Positions 16,926 through 25,839 of a DNA stretch of 64,000 nt are shown here, piece after piece. Below the pieces are notes generated by a model, which was not told the DNA's origin, did not search any database, and worked only from the letters and a program-made list of their open reading frames with translations. Source of the DNA: Stellaceae bacterium (lineage in GTDB: Bacteria; Pseudomonadota; Alphaproteobacteria; ATCC43930; CGMCC-115725); contig DATKQE010000075.1 in the NCBI GenBank assembly GCA_035532935.1, positions 2,393 through 66,392 on the forward strand. The letters are read 5' to 3'. A program made the translations under genes and the position numbers. Within the stretch, counting starts at the first letter, position 1; each line of letters starts with the position of its first letter.

Positions 16926-18125
16926 TCACACGTTGGCGAGTGCCTGGTCCAGGTCTTCGACCAGGTCCGCCGGGTCTTCGAGACCGACCGAGAGCCGCAC
17001 CAGCGCATCGGAAATGCCGAGCGCTGCGCGCTGATCCGGCGCGACGCGCGCATGCGTCGTCGTCGCGGGATGGGTGATGAGGCTCTTGCTGTCGCCGAGA
17101 TTGTTGGAGATGGCGACGAGCTTCAATGCGTTGCAGAAGCGGAACGCCTCTTCCTTGCTGCGGCCGACCTCGAACGACACGACCGTGCCGGCGCCCTGCA
17201 TCTGACGCCGCGCCAGCGCGTATTGCGGATGGCTCTCGAGGCCGGGATAGAGCGTGCGCACGATTTTGCGATGGCCCTCGAGATGCCGCGCGACGTCGAG
17301 CGCGCCCGCCATCTGCCGCTCGAGACGCAGATCGAGCGTCTCCAGCCCCTTCAGCAGCAGCCAGGCATTGAACGGGCTGAGGGCCGGGCCGGTATGGCGG
17401 AGGAACGGCGCGAGGTTTTCGAGCACGAATTGGCGCGAGCCGAGCACCGCCCCGCCGAGGCTGCGGCCCTGGCCGTCGATATGCTTGGTCGCCGAATAGC
17501 AGACGACGTCCGCGCCCAGCGCCAGCGGCTGCTGCAACAGCGGCGTCGCGAACACGTTGTCGACGATGAGGAGTGCCCCGGCGCGATGGGCGAGCGCGGC
17601 GATTTCCGGCAGATCGATGATCTCGAGCGTGGGGTTGGACGGGCTTTCGAGAAAGACCGCCTTGGCGCCCGGCGCGAGCGCGCGCTGCCACTGGTCGAGG
17701 TCGCGTCCATCGACGATCACCGTCTCGACGCCGAAGCGCGGTAGGATGTTCTGCAGGATGTGGAGACACGAGCCGAACAGCGCGCGCGAGGCCACCACCC
17801 GCTCGCCCGACCGCACGAAGCAGGCGAGCGACGCGAACACCGCAGCCATGCCGCTCGCCGTGCCGCGGCACGCCTCGGCGCCCTCGAGCAGCCTGAGCCG
17901 CTCCTCGAACATCGCCACCGTCGGATTGGCATAGCGCGAATAGACGAAGCGCGATCCGTCATTGGCGAAGGCGTGCTCGGCCTCCTCGGCGCTGTCATAG
18001 ACATAGCCGCTGGTGAGATAGACCGCCTCGCTGGTCTCCTTGAACTGGCTGCGCAGGAGGCCGCCATGCGTCATCACCGTGCGCGGCCGCCAGGTCGGAC
18101 TGAATGGGGCGGGCGAATCCGGCAT
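16926..18125 (-). CDS. metZ: O-succinylhomoserine sulfhydrylase (Cys/Met-metabolism PLP enzyme)
   Basis: YSRYANPTV, ASGMAAV, ESPSNP, DNVFATP, SATKHIDGQGR (PLP Lys) blocks. ATG 18125 is preceded by GAAGGAGAAGG. Confidence 0.85.
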   Translation of the reverse strand: MPDSPAPFSPTWRPRTVMTHGGLLRSQFKETSEAVYLTSGYVYDSAEEAEHAFANDGSRFVYSRYANPTVAMFEERLRLLEGAEACRGTASGMAAVFASLACFVRSGERVVASRALFGSCLHILQNILPRFGVETVIVDGRDLDQWQRALAPGAKAVFLESPSNPTLEIIDLPEIAALAHRAGALLIVDNVFATPLLQQPLALGADVVCYSATKHIDGQGRSLGGAVLGSRQFVLENLAPFLRHTGPALSPFNAWLLLKGLETLDLRLERQMAGALDVARHLEGHRKIVRTLYPGLESHPQYALARRQMQGAGTVVSFEVGRSKEEAFRFCNALKLVAISNNLGDSKSLITHPATTTHARVAPDQRAALGISDALVRLSVGLEDPADLVEDLDQALANV

Positions 18126-18156
18126 TGTCCTTCTCCTTCGCTCCCGACCGGGCAAG

Positions 18157-18178
18157 AAAAAACCCCGTCCCGCACGGG
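18157..18178 (-). terminator. Short GC hairpin followed by U6 in the metZ leader (candidate attenuator or terminator)
   Basis: Minus strand reads CCCGU-GCGGG-ACGGG-G-UUUUUU. It lies between the riboswitch-like element and the metZ SD. Confidence 0.35.
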
Positions 18179-18195
18179 CCAGGGTTCCTGAGGAG

Positions 18196-18256
18196 CCTCC
18201 GACCTTTTAGCGGTTGTTTTAACGTGGCCGCAAGCCGGTCGGCTTCAAATCACCAC
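18196..18256 (-). promoter_or_regulatory. Candidate SAM-II (SAM_alpha) riboswitch upstream of metZ
   Basis: Minus strand reads GGUGAUUUGAAGCCGACCGGCUUGCGGCCACGUUAAAACAACCGCUAAAAGGUCGGAGG. It contains the GAUUU, GGCUUG, GUUAAA and GCUAAAAG elements I associate with the SAM-II pseudoknot. CCGACC/GGUCGG long-range pairing is possible. metZ/metA/metX leaders are the classic alphaproteobacterial context. Confidence 0.55.
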
Positions 18257-18341
18257 GATCCATAGCGCGTACCGCCGCCGCCGCCCGTTGTCAAGCCTCG
18301 CGTTTGCGTTAGATTGGCGGCGACCCGACGAGGAACCGATC

Positions 18342-18797
18342 ATGCGCCGCTTCAGCTCCATCGACGCGCTCAAGGCCGCAACCGGCGAGGAGCTGGGGGT
18401 GAGCGGATGGATCACGGTGACGCAGGAGATGATCGACCGCTTCGCCGCCGCGACCGGCGACTTCCAGTGGATCCACGTCGACCGCGAGCGGGCGCGGCGG
18501 TCGCATTTCGGCACCACCATCGCGCACGGATTCCTCACGCTCTCCCTCCTCGCGCAACTGCGCGACCAGATCTACGACGTGGACGGTGTCGCCGAGCGGA
18601 TCAATTACGGCTGCGACCGGGTGCGCTTCCTCGCGCCGGTGCCGAGCGGCGGCCGCGTGCGGCTCAGGCTCACGCTCGCGCGGGTCGAGCCGTGGCGGCA
18701 GGGGATGCGCGTCGACGGCGCGTGTACGATCGAGCTCGACGGCGCGCCGCGCCCGGCGGCCGTCGCCGATCACATCGTGCTGCTGATCCCGGCCTGA
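18342..18797 (+). CDS. MaoC-like (R)-specific enoyl-CoA hydratase / hot-dog fold
   Basis: GDFQWIHVDRERA...TIAHGFLTLSL hydratase motif. ATG 18342 follows GAGGAA. Confidence 0.8.
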   Translation: MRRFSSIDALKAATGEELGVSGWITVTQEMIDRFAAATGDFQWIHVDRERARRSHFGTTIAHGFLTLSLLAQLRDQIYDVDGVAERINYGCDRVRFLAPVPSGGRVRLRLTLARVEPWRQGMRVDGACTIELDGAPRPAAVADHIVLLIPA

Positions 18798-18798
18798 A

Positions 18799-19593
18799 TC
18801 ATTCCTCGGGCGGCAGTGCGCTCTCGTGCCAGTGCGCGAGCAGGCGCCGCGCGATCAGGCTCAACACCGCGAAGATGGCGATGCCGGTCAGCGACAGCAG
18901 CAGCAGCGCGGCGAAGAGGCGCGGGATCTCGAGCCGGTAGCCGGCCTCGAGGATGCGCGAGGCGAGGCCGGTCTCGGCGCCGCCCGTGCCGGCGACGAAC
19001 TCCGCCACCACCGCGCCGATGAGGGCGAGACCGCCGCTGATCCTGACGCCCGCAAGAAAGAACGGCAGCGCCGACGGCATCCGCAGCAGGCGCAGCACCT
19101 GCCAGCCCGAGGCGCCGTAGAGCCGGAACAGCGCCCCGAGATTGCGGTCGGCGCTGTTGAGCCCGAGCGTCGTGTTGGCGACGATCGGGAAGAACGCGAC
19201 GATCCAGGCGCAAACGAGCAGCGACAGGAAGGTGTCGTTCACCCAGATGATGATGAGCGGCGCGATCGCGACGATGGGCGTCACCTGCAGGACCACGGCA
19301 TAGGGGAAAAGGCAGCGCTCGAGCAGCCGCGATTGCGCGAACAGGATCGCGAGCGCGCCGCCCAGAAGGATCGCGGCGGCGAGCGCCGCCAGCGTGACCT
19401 TGAGCGTGAACATGAGCGAGCCGAGAAGGCTCGGCCCGTCGCGCCACAGCGCCTCGGCCACCGCCACCGGCGCCGGCAGAATGTAGGGGGCGATGTGCTC
19501 GATGCGCACCAGCGCCTCCCACGCCACGAGCATGAGCACTCCGACCGCGAGCGGCGCGGCGATGCGTCCGAACCTGCCGCCGATGCCGTTCAT
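18799..19593 (-). CDS. ABC transporter permease (NitT/TauT family)
   Basis: Multi-TM protein with an EAA-like loop (RLYGASGWQVLRLLRMPSALPF). ATG 19593 overlaps the ATPase stop (ATGA). Confidence 0.85.
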   Translation of the reverse strand: MNGIGGRFGRIAAPLAVGVLMLVAWEALVRIEHIAPYILPAPVAVAEALWRDGPSLLGSLMFTLKVTLAALAAAILLGGALAILFAQSRLLERCLFPYAVVLQVTPIVAIAPLIIIWVNDTFLSLLVCAWIVAFFPIVANTTLGLNSADRNLGALFRLYGASGWQVLRLLRMPSALPFFLAGVRISGGLALIGAVVAEFVAGTGGAETGLASRILEAGYRLEIPRLFAALLLLSLTGIAIFAVLSLIARRLLAHWHESALPPEE

Positions 19594-20354
19594 CGGCTCG
19601 CCTCGGCCAGAAGCTGCGATACCTCGCGGCATCGCTCGGCATAGGCCGCCGCGGTGCGCAGCGCGTCTTCGCGCGGATAGGGCAAGCCCACCGCCACGTC
19701 GGCGGCGACACGGCCGGGGCGCTTCGTCATGACGACGATGCGGTCGGAGAGAAACACCGATTCGAACACGCTGTGGGTGACGAAGATCACGGTGCAGCGT
19801 CGCGCCTGCCAGAGCCGGAGCAAATCCTCGTTAAGCTTGAAGCGCGTGATCTCGTCGAGCGCGGCAAAGGGTTCGTCGAGCAGCAGGAGATGCGGCTCGG
19901 TGACGAGCGCGCGGGCGATCGAGACCCGCATCCGCATCCCGCCCGAGAGCTCGCGCGGGTACACGCGCTCGAACCCGGCGAGCCCGACGGCAGCGAGCAG
20001 CGATGCGATCCGCGCCTCCGCCTCGCGCCGCCCCGCGCCCTGAAGACGCAGCGGCAGATAGACATTGTCCCACACGCTGGCCCATGGCATCAGCGTCGGC
20101 TCCTGGAACACGAAGCCGATCCCGCCGGCCTGCCGGTCCTCGCCCCACCGCACCATTCCGGCGCTCGGCGACACCAGCCCGGCGACGATGCGCAGGAGCG
20201 TGCTCTTGCCACAGCCCGACGGACCCAGCAGGCTCACGAAGCCGCCGGGCGCAATTGCGAGATCGACGCCGTCGAGTGCGCGCGTGCCATTGCGGAAGAT
20301 CTTGACGACGCCCTCGAGCCGAAGGAGCGGCGGCGCTGCGGAGACCGCTGCTAT
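19590..20354 (-). CDS. ABC transporter ATP-binding protein (NitT/TauT family); 5' end unresolved
   Basis: Walker A GPSGCGKST, LSGGMRMRVSIARAL signature, LLLLDEPF Walker B. The listed ORF starts at GTG 20237, only 5 codons before Walker A. The conserved N-terminal strands (LLRLEGVVKIFRNGTRALDGVDLAIAPGGF) are in frame upstream but contain no ATG, GTG or TTG. Confidence 0.85.
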   Translation of the reverse strand: MAAVSAAPPLLRLEGVVKIFRNGTRALDGVDLAIAPGGFVSLLGPSGCGKSTLLRIVAGLVSPSAGMVRWGEDRQAGGIGFVFQEPTLMPWASVWDNVYLPLRLQGAGRREAEARIASLLAAVGLAGFERVYPRELSGGMRMRVSIARALVTEPHLLLLDEPFAALDEITRFKLNEDLLRLWQARRCTVIFVTHSVFESVFLSDRIVVMTKRPGRVAADVAVGLPYPREDALRTAAAYAERCREVSQLLAEASR

Positions 20355-21352
20355 TTTTTGTGCTCCATGCCGACGCGCTGGTTGACGAAGCGCAGCGTGT
20401 AGGCCTTGCGGTAATCCATGTTCTTGGGATAAAGCCCCTCGCCCGCCATCACGTCAAAGAACGACCGCCAGCGGGCATCGCTCATGGCGCCGATGCCGGC
20501 GGTCTTGGCATCGCCGCTGTCGACGATGCCGTATTGCTTCATCTTCGCGACGGCATAGGCGAGAAGGGCGTCGTCCTCCTCGGGATTGTCCTTCTTGATG
20601 AGCGCGTTGCCCGGTGCGGGATCGCGCAGATAGCTGTACCAGCCCTCGATGCTGGCAGCGACGAAGCGGCGCACGAGATCGGACTTCTCATTCACCAGCT
20701 TCTGCGAAGTCTCGATGATCGAGGCATAGCTCGCATAACCGGAATCGGCGAGAAGAAAGACATTCGGTTTCACGCCGGCCTTCTCGATGAGATAGGGCTC
20801 GCTGGTGACATAGCCCTGCTGCACCGCGTTCTTGTTGGCAAGAAACGGCGCAATGTTGAAGGTGTAGGTGCGGATCTGGTCGTCGGTGTAGCCGTATTTC
20901 GCCTTGAGAAAGAGCCACCATCCGACGCGCGTATCGCCGCCGATCATGATCGGCTTGCCCTTCAACGCAGCGAGGCTGTCGTTGCCGACGCCCTGATGGG
21001 CGATCAGCACGGCCGGATCCTTCTGGAACATGGCCGCCACCGCCACCATGGGGATCGATTGCCGGATGAAGTTGAGGGGGACGAAGGAATTGGACGCGAT
21101 GTCGAAATCGAGCCGCCCCGCCGCCAGGAGTTGCGACTGGTTCACCTGCGGTCCGCCCTGGCGCAGCTCCACCTCGATGCCGTACTTGCGATAGATGCCC
21201 GTCGCGATCGCCTGGTAATAGCCGCCATGCTCGGCTTCGGCCTTCCAATCGGTCCCGAACGTGACGCGGTCGAGCGCCCGCACCGGCGCCGCGTGCAGCG
21301 CGAGCGCGCCGGCCGCCAACGCGACGATGCGACAAAGGAACGTGCTTGACAT
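20351..21352 (-). CDS. ABC substrate-binding protein (NMT1/THI5-like)
   Basis: Start at MSSTFLCRIVALAAGALALHAAPVRA (signal peptide, ATG 21352). NMT1-like body (FGTDWKAEAEHGGYYQA...). Confidence 0.85.
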   Translation of the reverse strand: MSSTFLCRIVALAAGALALHAAPVRALDRVTFGTDWKAEAEHGGYYQAIATGIYRKYGIEVELRQGGPQVNQSQLLAAGRLDFDIASNSFVPLNFIRQSIPMVAVAAMFQKDPAVLIAHQGVGNDSLAALKGKPIMIGGDTRVGWWLFLKAKYGYTDDQIRTYTFNIAPFLANKNAVQQGYVTSEPYLIEKAGVKPNVFLLADSGYASYASIIETSQKLVNEKSDLVRRFVAASIEGWYSYLRDPAPGNALIKKDNPEEDDALLAYAVAKMKQYGIVDSGDAKTAGIGAMSDARWRSFFDVMAGEGLYPKNMDYRKAYTLRFVNQRVGMEHKK

Positions 21353-21429
21353 CGATCGACCCCGCCACCTGCCGAGAGCCCGCGCCCCTTCTACTCCAAT
21401 CCCCGAAGTCGAGGAAAGATGCCGACGGC

Positions 21430-21894
21430 TCACGCAGGCTTGGCCGCCCCGGGCACCGAACCGACCGCACCACCGCCGAGATCGCCGACGCGCTTGGTGA
21501 CCAGGAGGAGATGCTCGCGCACCTCCTGGTTGTCGATGAGGCGATAATGGCGGACGAGATCGATCTCGTCGCGGGAGAAGGTGGCCGCGGCGGCAGCGGC
21601 GTCGGGCGGATCACCCTCGAGCAGCTCGAAGAAGAACGAGACCGGCTGCTGCAGCAGCTTGGCGGCGCGAAAGAGGCGGCTCGCGCTCAGGCGATTCTCG
21701 CCCTGCTCGTATTTCTGGACCGCCTGGAACGAGACGCCGATGCCGTCGCCGAGCTCTTCCTGGCTCAGCCCGGCCAGGAGCCGCGCCTGGCGCAGCCGCT
21801 TGCCGACATGGACATCGACCGGATCGGGGCCATGCTCGCGCACGGTACGCCTGCGGCGCATCGTCCGGCCGCCACCCGTGCTGATTTCACTCAT
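21430..21894 (-). CDS. XRE-family helix-turn-helix transcriptional regulator
   Basis: VGKRLRQARLLAGLSQEELGDGIGVSFQAVQKYEQGENR HTH. Start at MSEIS (ATG 21894). Confidence 0.75.
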   Translation of the reverse strand: MSEISTGGGRTMRRRRTVREHGPDPVDVHVGKRLRQARLLAGLSQEELGDGIGVSFQAVQKYEQGENRLSASRLFRAAKLLQQPVSFFFELLEGDPPDAAAAAATFSRDEIDLVRHYRLIDNQEVREHLLLVTKRVGDLGGGAVGSVPGAAKPA

Positions 21895-21951
21895 GCCACG
21901 TCCTTTCGCCACTGGCGATCGATCATATACGCCCGCTTTCAGGGTTTCCAC

Positions 21952-22203
21952 CTATGGCGGATCGTGCCGGTCGGACAACGGCGCAGCTCCGGCACGGTCG
22001 TCGAACCCCTTGCGGTGGCTGTAGAATACCAAGGCCATCAACCCGATCCCGAGCCCGAGCGTGCCAAGCCCGCCAAGGATGAGCGCGACATAGCCCGCGG
22101 GCGTCATATCGACCGCGCCGAGCGACATCCAGAGATACACCGCCAAGGCCACCATCGACAGCGACAAGACCCCCGCGACCATGATGCCGATCCAGTCCTT
22201 CAT
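21952..22203 (-). CDS. Small two-TM membrane protein (83 aa), unknown function
   Basis: MKDWIGIMVAGVLSLSMVALAVYLW and GYVALILGGLGTLGLGIGLMALVF hydrophobic spans. ATG lies 8 nt after the upstream stop. Confidence 0.45.
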   Translation of the reverse strand: MKDWIGIMVAGVLSLSMVALAVYLWMSLGAVDMTPAGYVALILGGLGTLGLGIGLMALVFYSHRKGFDDRAGAAPLSDRHDPP

Positions 22204-22211
22204 GGCGGCGT

Positions 22212-22982
22212 CTAGCGCAGCGCCGAGGCGAAGAAGCCGGCGAGGCGGGCGGCGACCTCGGACGGCCGCTCGGTGTGGAGCGCGTGCCCGGAATGCGGCA
22301 GGGCGAACAGCTCGGCACCACGGAGCGCGCGCATATAGGGCAGGTGGCAGGAGAAGGGACAGATCCGGTCCTCGGTTCCCCACACCAGCAGCGTCGGCAC
22401 GTCGATGCGGTGCAACCAATAGGGAAGCTGCGGATTGTGCAGACGCGGCGTCCAGGCGAGCCGTGCGGCAGCGGAGCGGTTCTGCAGCATCACGTCGACA
22501 TCGACGCCGGCGAGCGCGTCGAGCCGCGCCGCGACGAGATGCGGCTCGAAGAAGGAATTGCGCACGTGCTCCTCGGGACCCCAGAGGAAGATGTCGCCGA
22601 ATGGTTCCTCCGGCGAGGCGACGCCGGCCGGCGCCATGAGCGTCAGGCTCTTGAGCCGCGCGGTATTGCGGATCGCGATCTCGGCCGCGGTCCAGCCGCC
22701 GAGCGAATGGCCGACGAGGTGGACACCGTCGAGCTCGAGCGCGCCGAGAAAATCCAGATAGAAGAACGCGAGATCGCCGACGCTCGCCATCCATTCGGGG
22801 ATTGACGAGCGGCCGAAGCCCGGATGCTCGGGCGCGAGCACATGCCAGCTCTCGCTCAACTGCTCGAGCATCGGATACCAGTTCGCCCCGCCGGCGCCAT
22901 GCAGATAGAGAACCGGAGCGCCGCTTCCGGCCTCCATCAGCCGCAGCTTTTCGCCGCCGACCTCGACCATTCTCTCGCGCAT
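22212..22982 (-). CDS. Alpha/beta-hydrolase (meta-cleavage-product / C-C hydrolase-like)
   Basis: GHSLGG nucleophile elbow, HGAGG oxyanion region, C-terminal SGHALHTE His. Confidence 0.8.
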   Translation of the reverse strand: MRERMVEVGGEKLRLMEAGSGAPVLYLHGAGGANWYPMLEQLSESWHVLAPEHPGFGRSSIPEWMASVGDLAFFYLDFLGALELDGVHLVGHSLGGWTAAEIAIRNTARLKSLTLMAPAGVASPEEPFGDIFLWGPEEHVRNSFFEPHLVAARLDALAGVDVDVMLQNRSAAARLAWTPRLHNPQLPYWLHRIDVPTLLVWGTEDRICPFSCHLPYMRALRGAELFALPHSGHALHTERPSEVAARLAGFFASALR

Positions 22983-23057
22983 GCCGGCACCTTAGGCCGC
23001 CGCTCGGCGGAGCGTCAACGCGGTTCCGCGCCGGTCCTGACGCGCGGCTTGAACGGA

Positions 23058-23073
23058 TACGGCAAACGCCGTA
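23058..23073. promoter_or_regulatory. Inverted repeat TACGGC-N4-GCCGTA between the divergent hydrolase and MFS genes (candidate operator)
   Basis: TACGGCAAACGCCGTA has 6-bp arms that pair perfectly. It lies 32 bp upstream of the MFS ATG. It shares the 9-mer GGCAAACGC with the palindrome at 2325-2340. Confidence 0.25.
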
Positions 23074-23104
23074 GAGGAGCGGCACAAGAACCGGGGGAAA
23101 CACC

Positions 23105-24493
23105 ATGGGCAATAGCACCGCCACCGCCGATGCGACCGCGACTGATTACCGCATCGCCGCGCGCATCGAGCGCTTGCCGCTGTCGGCGTTCCATCTCCGC
23201 ATCGGAATGATCATCGGCAGCAGCTGGTTCTTTGACGGCTTTGACGCGCTCGCCGTCGCCTATGTGCTGCCGGCCCTCATCGGGTTGTGGAAGCTTGCGC
23301 CGAGCCAGATCGGGATCCTGATCTCGGTCGGGTATCTCGGGCAGACCATCGGGTCGGTCTTTTTCGGCTGGCTCGCCGAGCGCGTCGGCCGCGTTCCCTG
23401 CACCCTTTATACCCTGCTCATCTGGTCGGTGATGAGCTTCGCCTGCGCCTTCGCGTGGGACTACAATTCGCTGCTCGCGATGCGCTTCCTGCAGGGGCTG
23501 GGGCTCGGCGGCGAGATTCCGATCATGGCGACCTATATCAATGAATTCGCCACGGCCGGGCGGCGCGGCCGGTTCTCGCTCAGCTATCAGGTGCTGTTCT
23601 CGATCGGGCTCGCGGTCGTGGCGATTGTCGCGTCCTGGGTGGTGCCGGCCTTCGGCTGGCGCTGGATGTTCGTGATCGGCGCGGTGCCGGCGTTCCTTGC
23701 GCTTCCGCTGCGCCGGATTCTGCCGGAATCGCCGCGCTGGCTCGCGAGCCGCGGCCGTCTGGCGGAAGCCGACCGCGTGCTGACCGGGATCGAGGCGACG
23801 ATTTCGCGCAACGGCGCGCGGCCGTTGCCGCCCATTCCCGATCACCTGCCGCAGGTCACGCCCGCGCGCACGCGGTTTTCCGATCTCTTCCAGGGGATCT
23901 ACCGGCGCCGCACCTTCACCGTGTGGGTCATGTGGGTTTGCACCTATCTCGTCATCTACGGTCTTACCACCTGGCTGCCGTCGCTGTGGCACACGGTCTA
24001 TCACCTGACGGTGCAGCAGTCGCTCAACTATAGCGTCGTCACCACGCTCGTCAGCCTCCTGGGCGCGCTCGCTTCGATCGTGTTCATCGATCTCATCGGA
24101 CGCAAGCCGCTCTTCGCCACGGCGCAGCTCGTGAGCTGCCTGCCGCTGCTCTACCTCGCTACTCAGGTCCATCTCGAGTCTTCGAGCGTGCTGGTGTTGG
24201 TTTCGTTCGGCCTGATCGGCAACAGCGTGCTCGCGCTGTCGCTCAGCACCTATACGGCGGAGATTTATCCGACCGAGATGCGCGCGCTCGGCACCGGCGT
24301 GGGCAATGCCTGGCTCCGGGCGGCCTCGGTGGTCGGCCCGTTCCTGATCGGCTCGTTCCTGCTGCCGCGGGGCGGAATCGCCGCGATCTTCATCGTCATG
24401 GGCCTGGCCTCGCTGATCGGCGGCCTGACCACGCTGTTTTTCGCCGTCGAGCCGCGCGGCAAGGTGCTCGAGCAGCTATCACCGTCGCTCTAG
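23105..24493 (+). CDS. MFS transporter (sugar-porter / aromatic-acid:H+ symporter-like, 12 TMS)
   Basis: GWLAERVGR motif-A-like loop, twelve hydrophobic spans, 462 aa. Confidence 0.85.
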   Translation: MGNSTATADATATDYRIAARIERLPLSAFHLRIGMIIGSSWFFDGFDALAVAYVLPALIGLWKLAPSQIGILISVGYLGQTIGSVFFGWLAERVGRVPCTLYTLLIWSVMSFACAFAWDYNSLLAMRFLQGLGLGGEIPIMATYINEFATAGRRGRFSLSYQVLFSIGLAVVAIVASWVVPAFGWRWMFVIGAVPAFLALPLRRILPESPRWLASRGRLAEADRVLTGIEATISRNGARPLPPIPDHLPQVTPARTRFSDLFQGIYRRRTFTVWVMWVCTYLVIYGLTTWLPSLWHTVYHLTVQQSLNYSVVTTLVSLLGALASIVFIDLIGRKPLFATAQLVSCLPLLYLATQVHLESSSVLVLVSFGLIGNSVLALSLSTYTAEIYPTEMRALGTGVGNAWLRAASVVGPFLIGSFLLPRGGIAAIFIVMGLASLIGGLTTLFFAVEPRGKVLEQLSPSL

Positions 24494-24611
24494 GCGGGGC
24501 CGCAGCGACGACACCGCGGCCGCCGGCCGGTTGTCCCTTGCGTGCGCGGCGCCGCGGGCGGTACGGTCCGCGCCAGCATTCTGTTCGGCGGCGGCTGAGA
24601 GGAAAAACGCC

Positions 24612-25832
24612 ATGCCTCACGAGCTTCCCGGTCAAGTCCACTGGCACGAGCCGTCCGGCGGCAGAAATGCCGGCTATGGCAAATTCGGCCGGCCCGCGAC
24701 GCCTTATGACAAGTTCATGGACGGCGAAGGCATCCCCATCGTGCGCGACATCGGCGTGAGCAAGGTGCAGAACCTGCCGCTGGCGCCGTGGCCGCGGCTG
24801 GGCGGCCGCGGCACGTACATCCAGCTCTACGGCACCGAGGGCAAATGGGGCTGCTATGTCGTCGAAGTGCCCGCACGCGGCGCGCTCAACGCTGAGAAGC
24901 ATCTCTACGAAGAGATCTACTACGTCGTCGATGGCCGCGGCTCGACCGAGGTGTGGATCGAGGGCGAGACGCGGCGCCACATCTTCGAATGGCAGACCGG
25001 ATCGCTGTTCTCGATCCCGGTCAACGCGATGCACCGCGTGGTCAACGCGACCTCGAGCCCGGCGCTGCTGCTCGCCGGCACGACCGCGCCCAATCTGATG
25101 AACCTGCTCAACAACAAAGGCGCCATTTTCGACTGTCCCTATGCGTTCCGCGACCGGTTCAGCGGCGCCGACGACTTCTACAAGCCCAACGACGACATCG
25201 AGCCCGATCCCGTGCGCGGGCTCGCCATGCGCCGCACCAACCTCATTCCCGACATCGTCAATTGCGACCTGCCGCTCGACAACCGGCGCTCGCCCGGCTA
25301 TCGCCGCATCGAGCCATTCATGACCGGCAACACGTTCTATCTCTGGATCGGTCAGCACGAGAACGGCCGCTATTCCAAGGGCCATGCCCATACCTCGGCG
25401 GCGGTGCTCGTTTGTCTCAAGGGGCGCGGCTATACCTACACTTGGCCCGAACATCTCGGGCCGACGCCGTGGAAGGACGGCAAGGCGGCAATGGTGAAGC
25501 GCGTCGATTACGAGCCCGTCGGCCTCGTTTCGGCCGCACCCGGCGGCGCGCGCTGGTTCCATCAGCATTTCGGCGTCTCGAAGGAATCATTCCGCCTCAC
25601 TGCCTGGTTCGGGCCCCACGCGCCCGGACGCGAGCCCGGCCCGCCGGGCGAGCCACACACCGATTACGGCGCCATCGACCTCGACGAGGGCGGCACCGCC
25701 ATCCCCTACGCCGCGGAGGACCCGTTCATCCGCGCCGAATATGCCGAGACGCTGCGCCGCGCCGACGTCGAGAACCGGATGGACCCGAAATGGTACGAGC
25801 CCGGCGCCAAGGTCCGCTCCGCCGCGGAGTAG
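24612..25832 (+). CDS. Bicupin protein of the family often auto-annotated 'ethanolamine ammonia-lyase-activating protein'
   Basis: Two cupin modules (EEIYYVVDGRGSTEVW... and GHAHTSAAVLVCLKGRGYTYTW). ATG 24612 follows GAGAGGAAAAA. Confidence 0.7.
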   Translation: MPHELPGQVHWHEPSGGRNAGYGKFGRPATPYDKFMDGEGIPIVRDIGVSKVQNLPLAPWPRLGGRGTYIQLYGTEGKWGCYVVEVPARGALNAEKHLYEEIYYVVDGRGSTEVWIEGETRRHIFEWQTGSLFSIPVNAMHRVVNATSSPALLLAGTTAPNLMNLLNNKGAIFDCPYAFRDRFSGADDFYKPNDDIEPDPVRGLAMRRTNLIPDIVNCDLPLDNRRSPGYRRIEPFMTGNTFYLWIGQHENGRYSKGHAHTSAAVLVCLKGRGYTYTWPEHLGPTPWKDGKAAMVKRVDYEPVGLVSAAPGGARWFHQHFGVSKESFRLTAWFGPHAPGREPGPPGEPHTDYGAIDLDEGGTAIPYAAEDPFIRAEYAETLRRADVENRMDPKWYEPGAKVRSAAE

Positions 25833-25839
25833 GGAGTCC

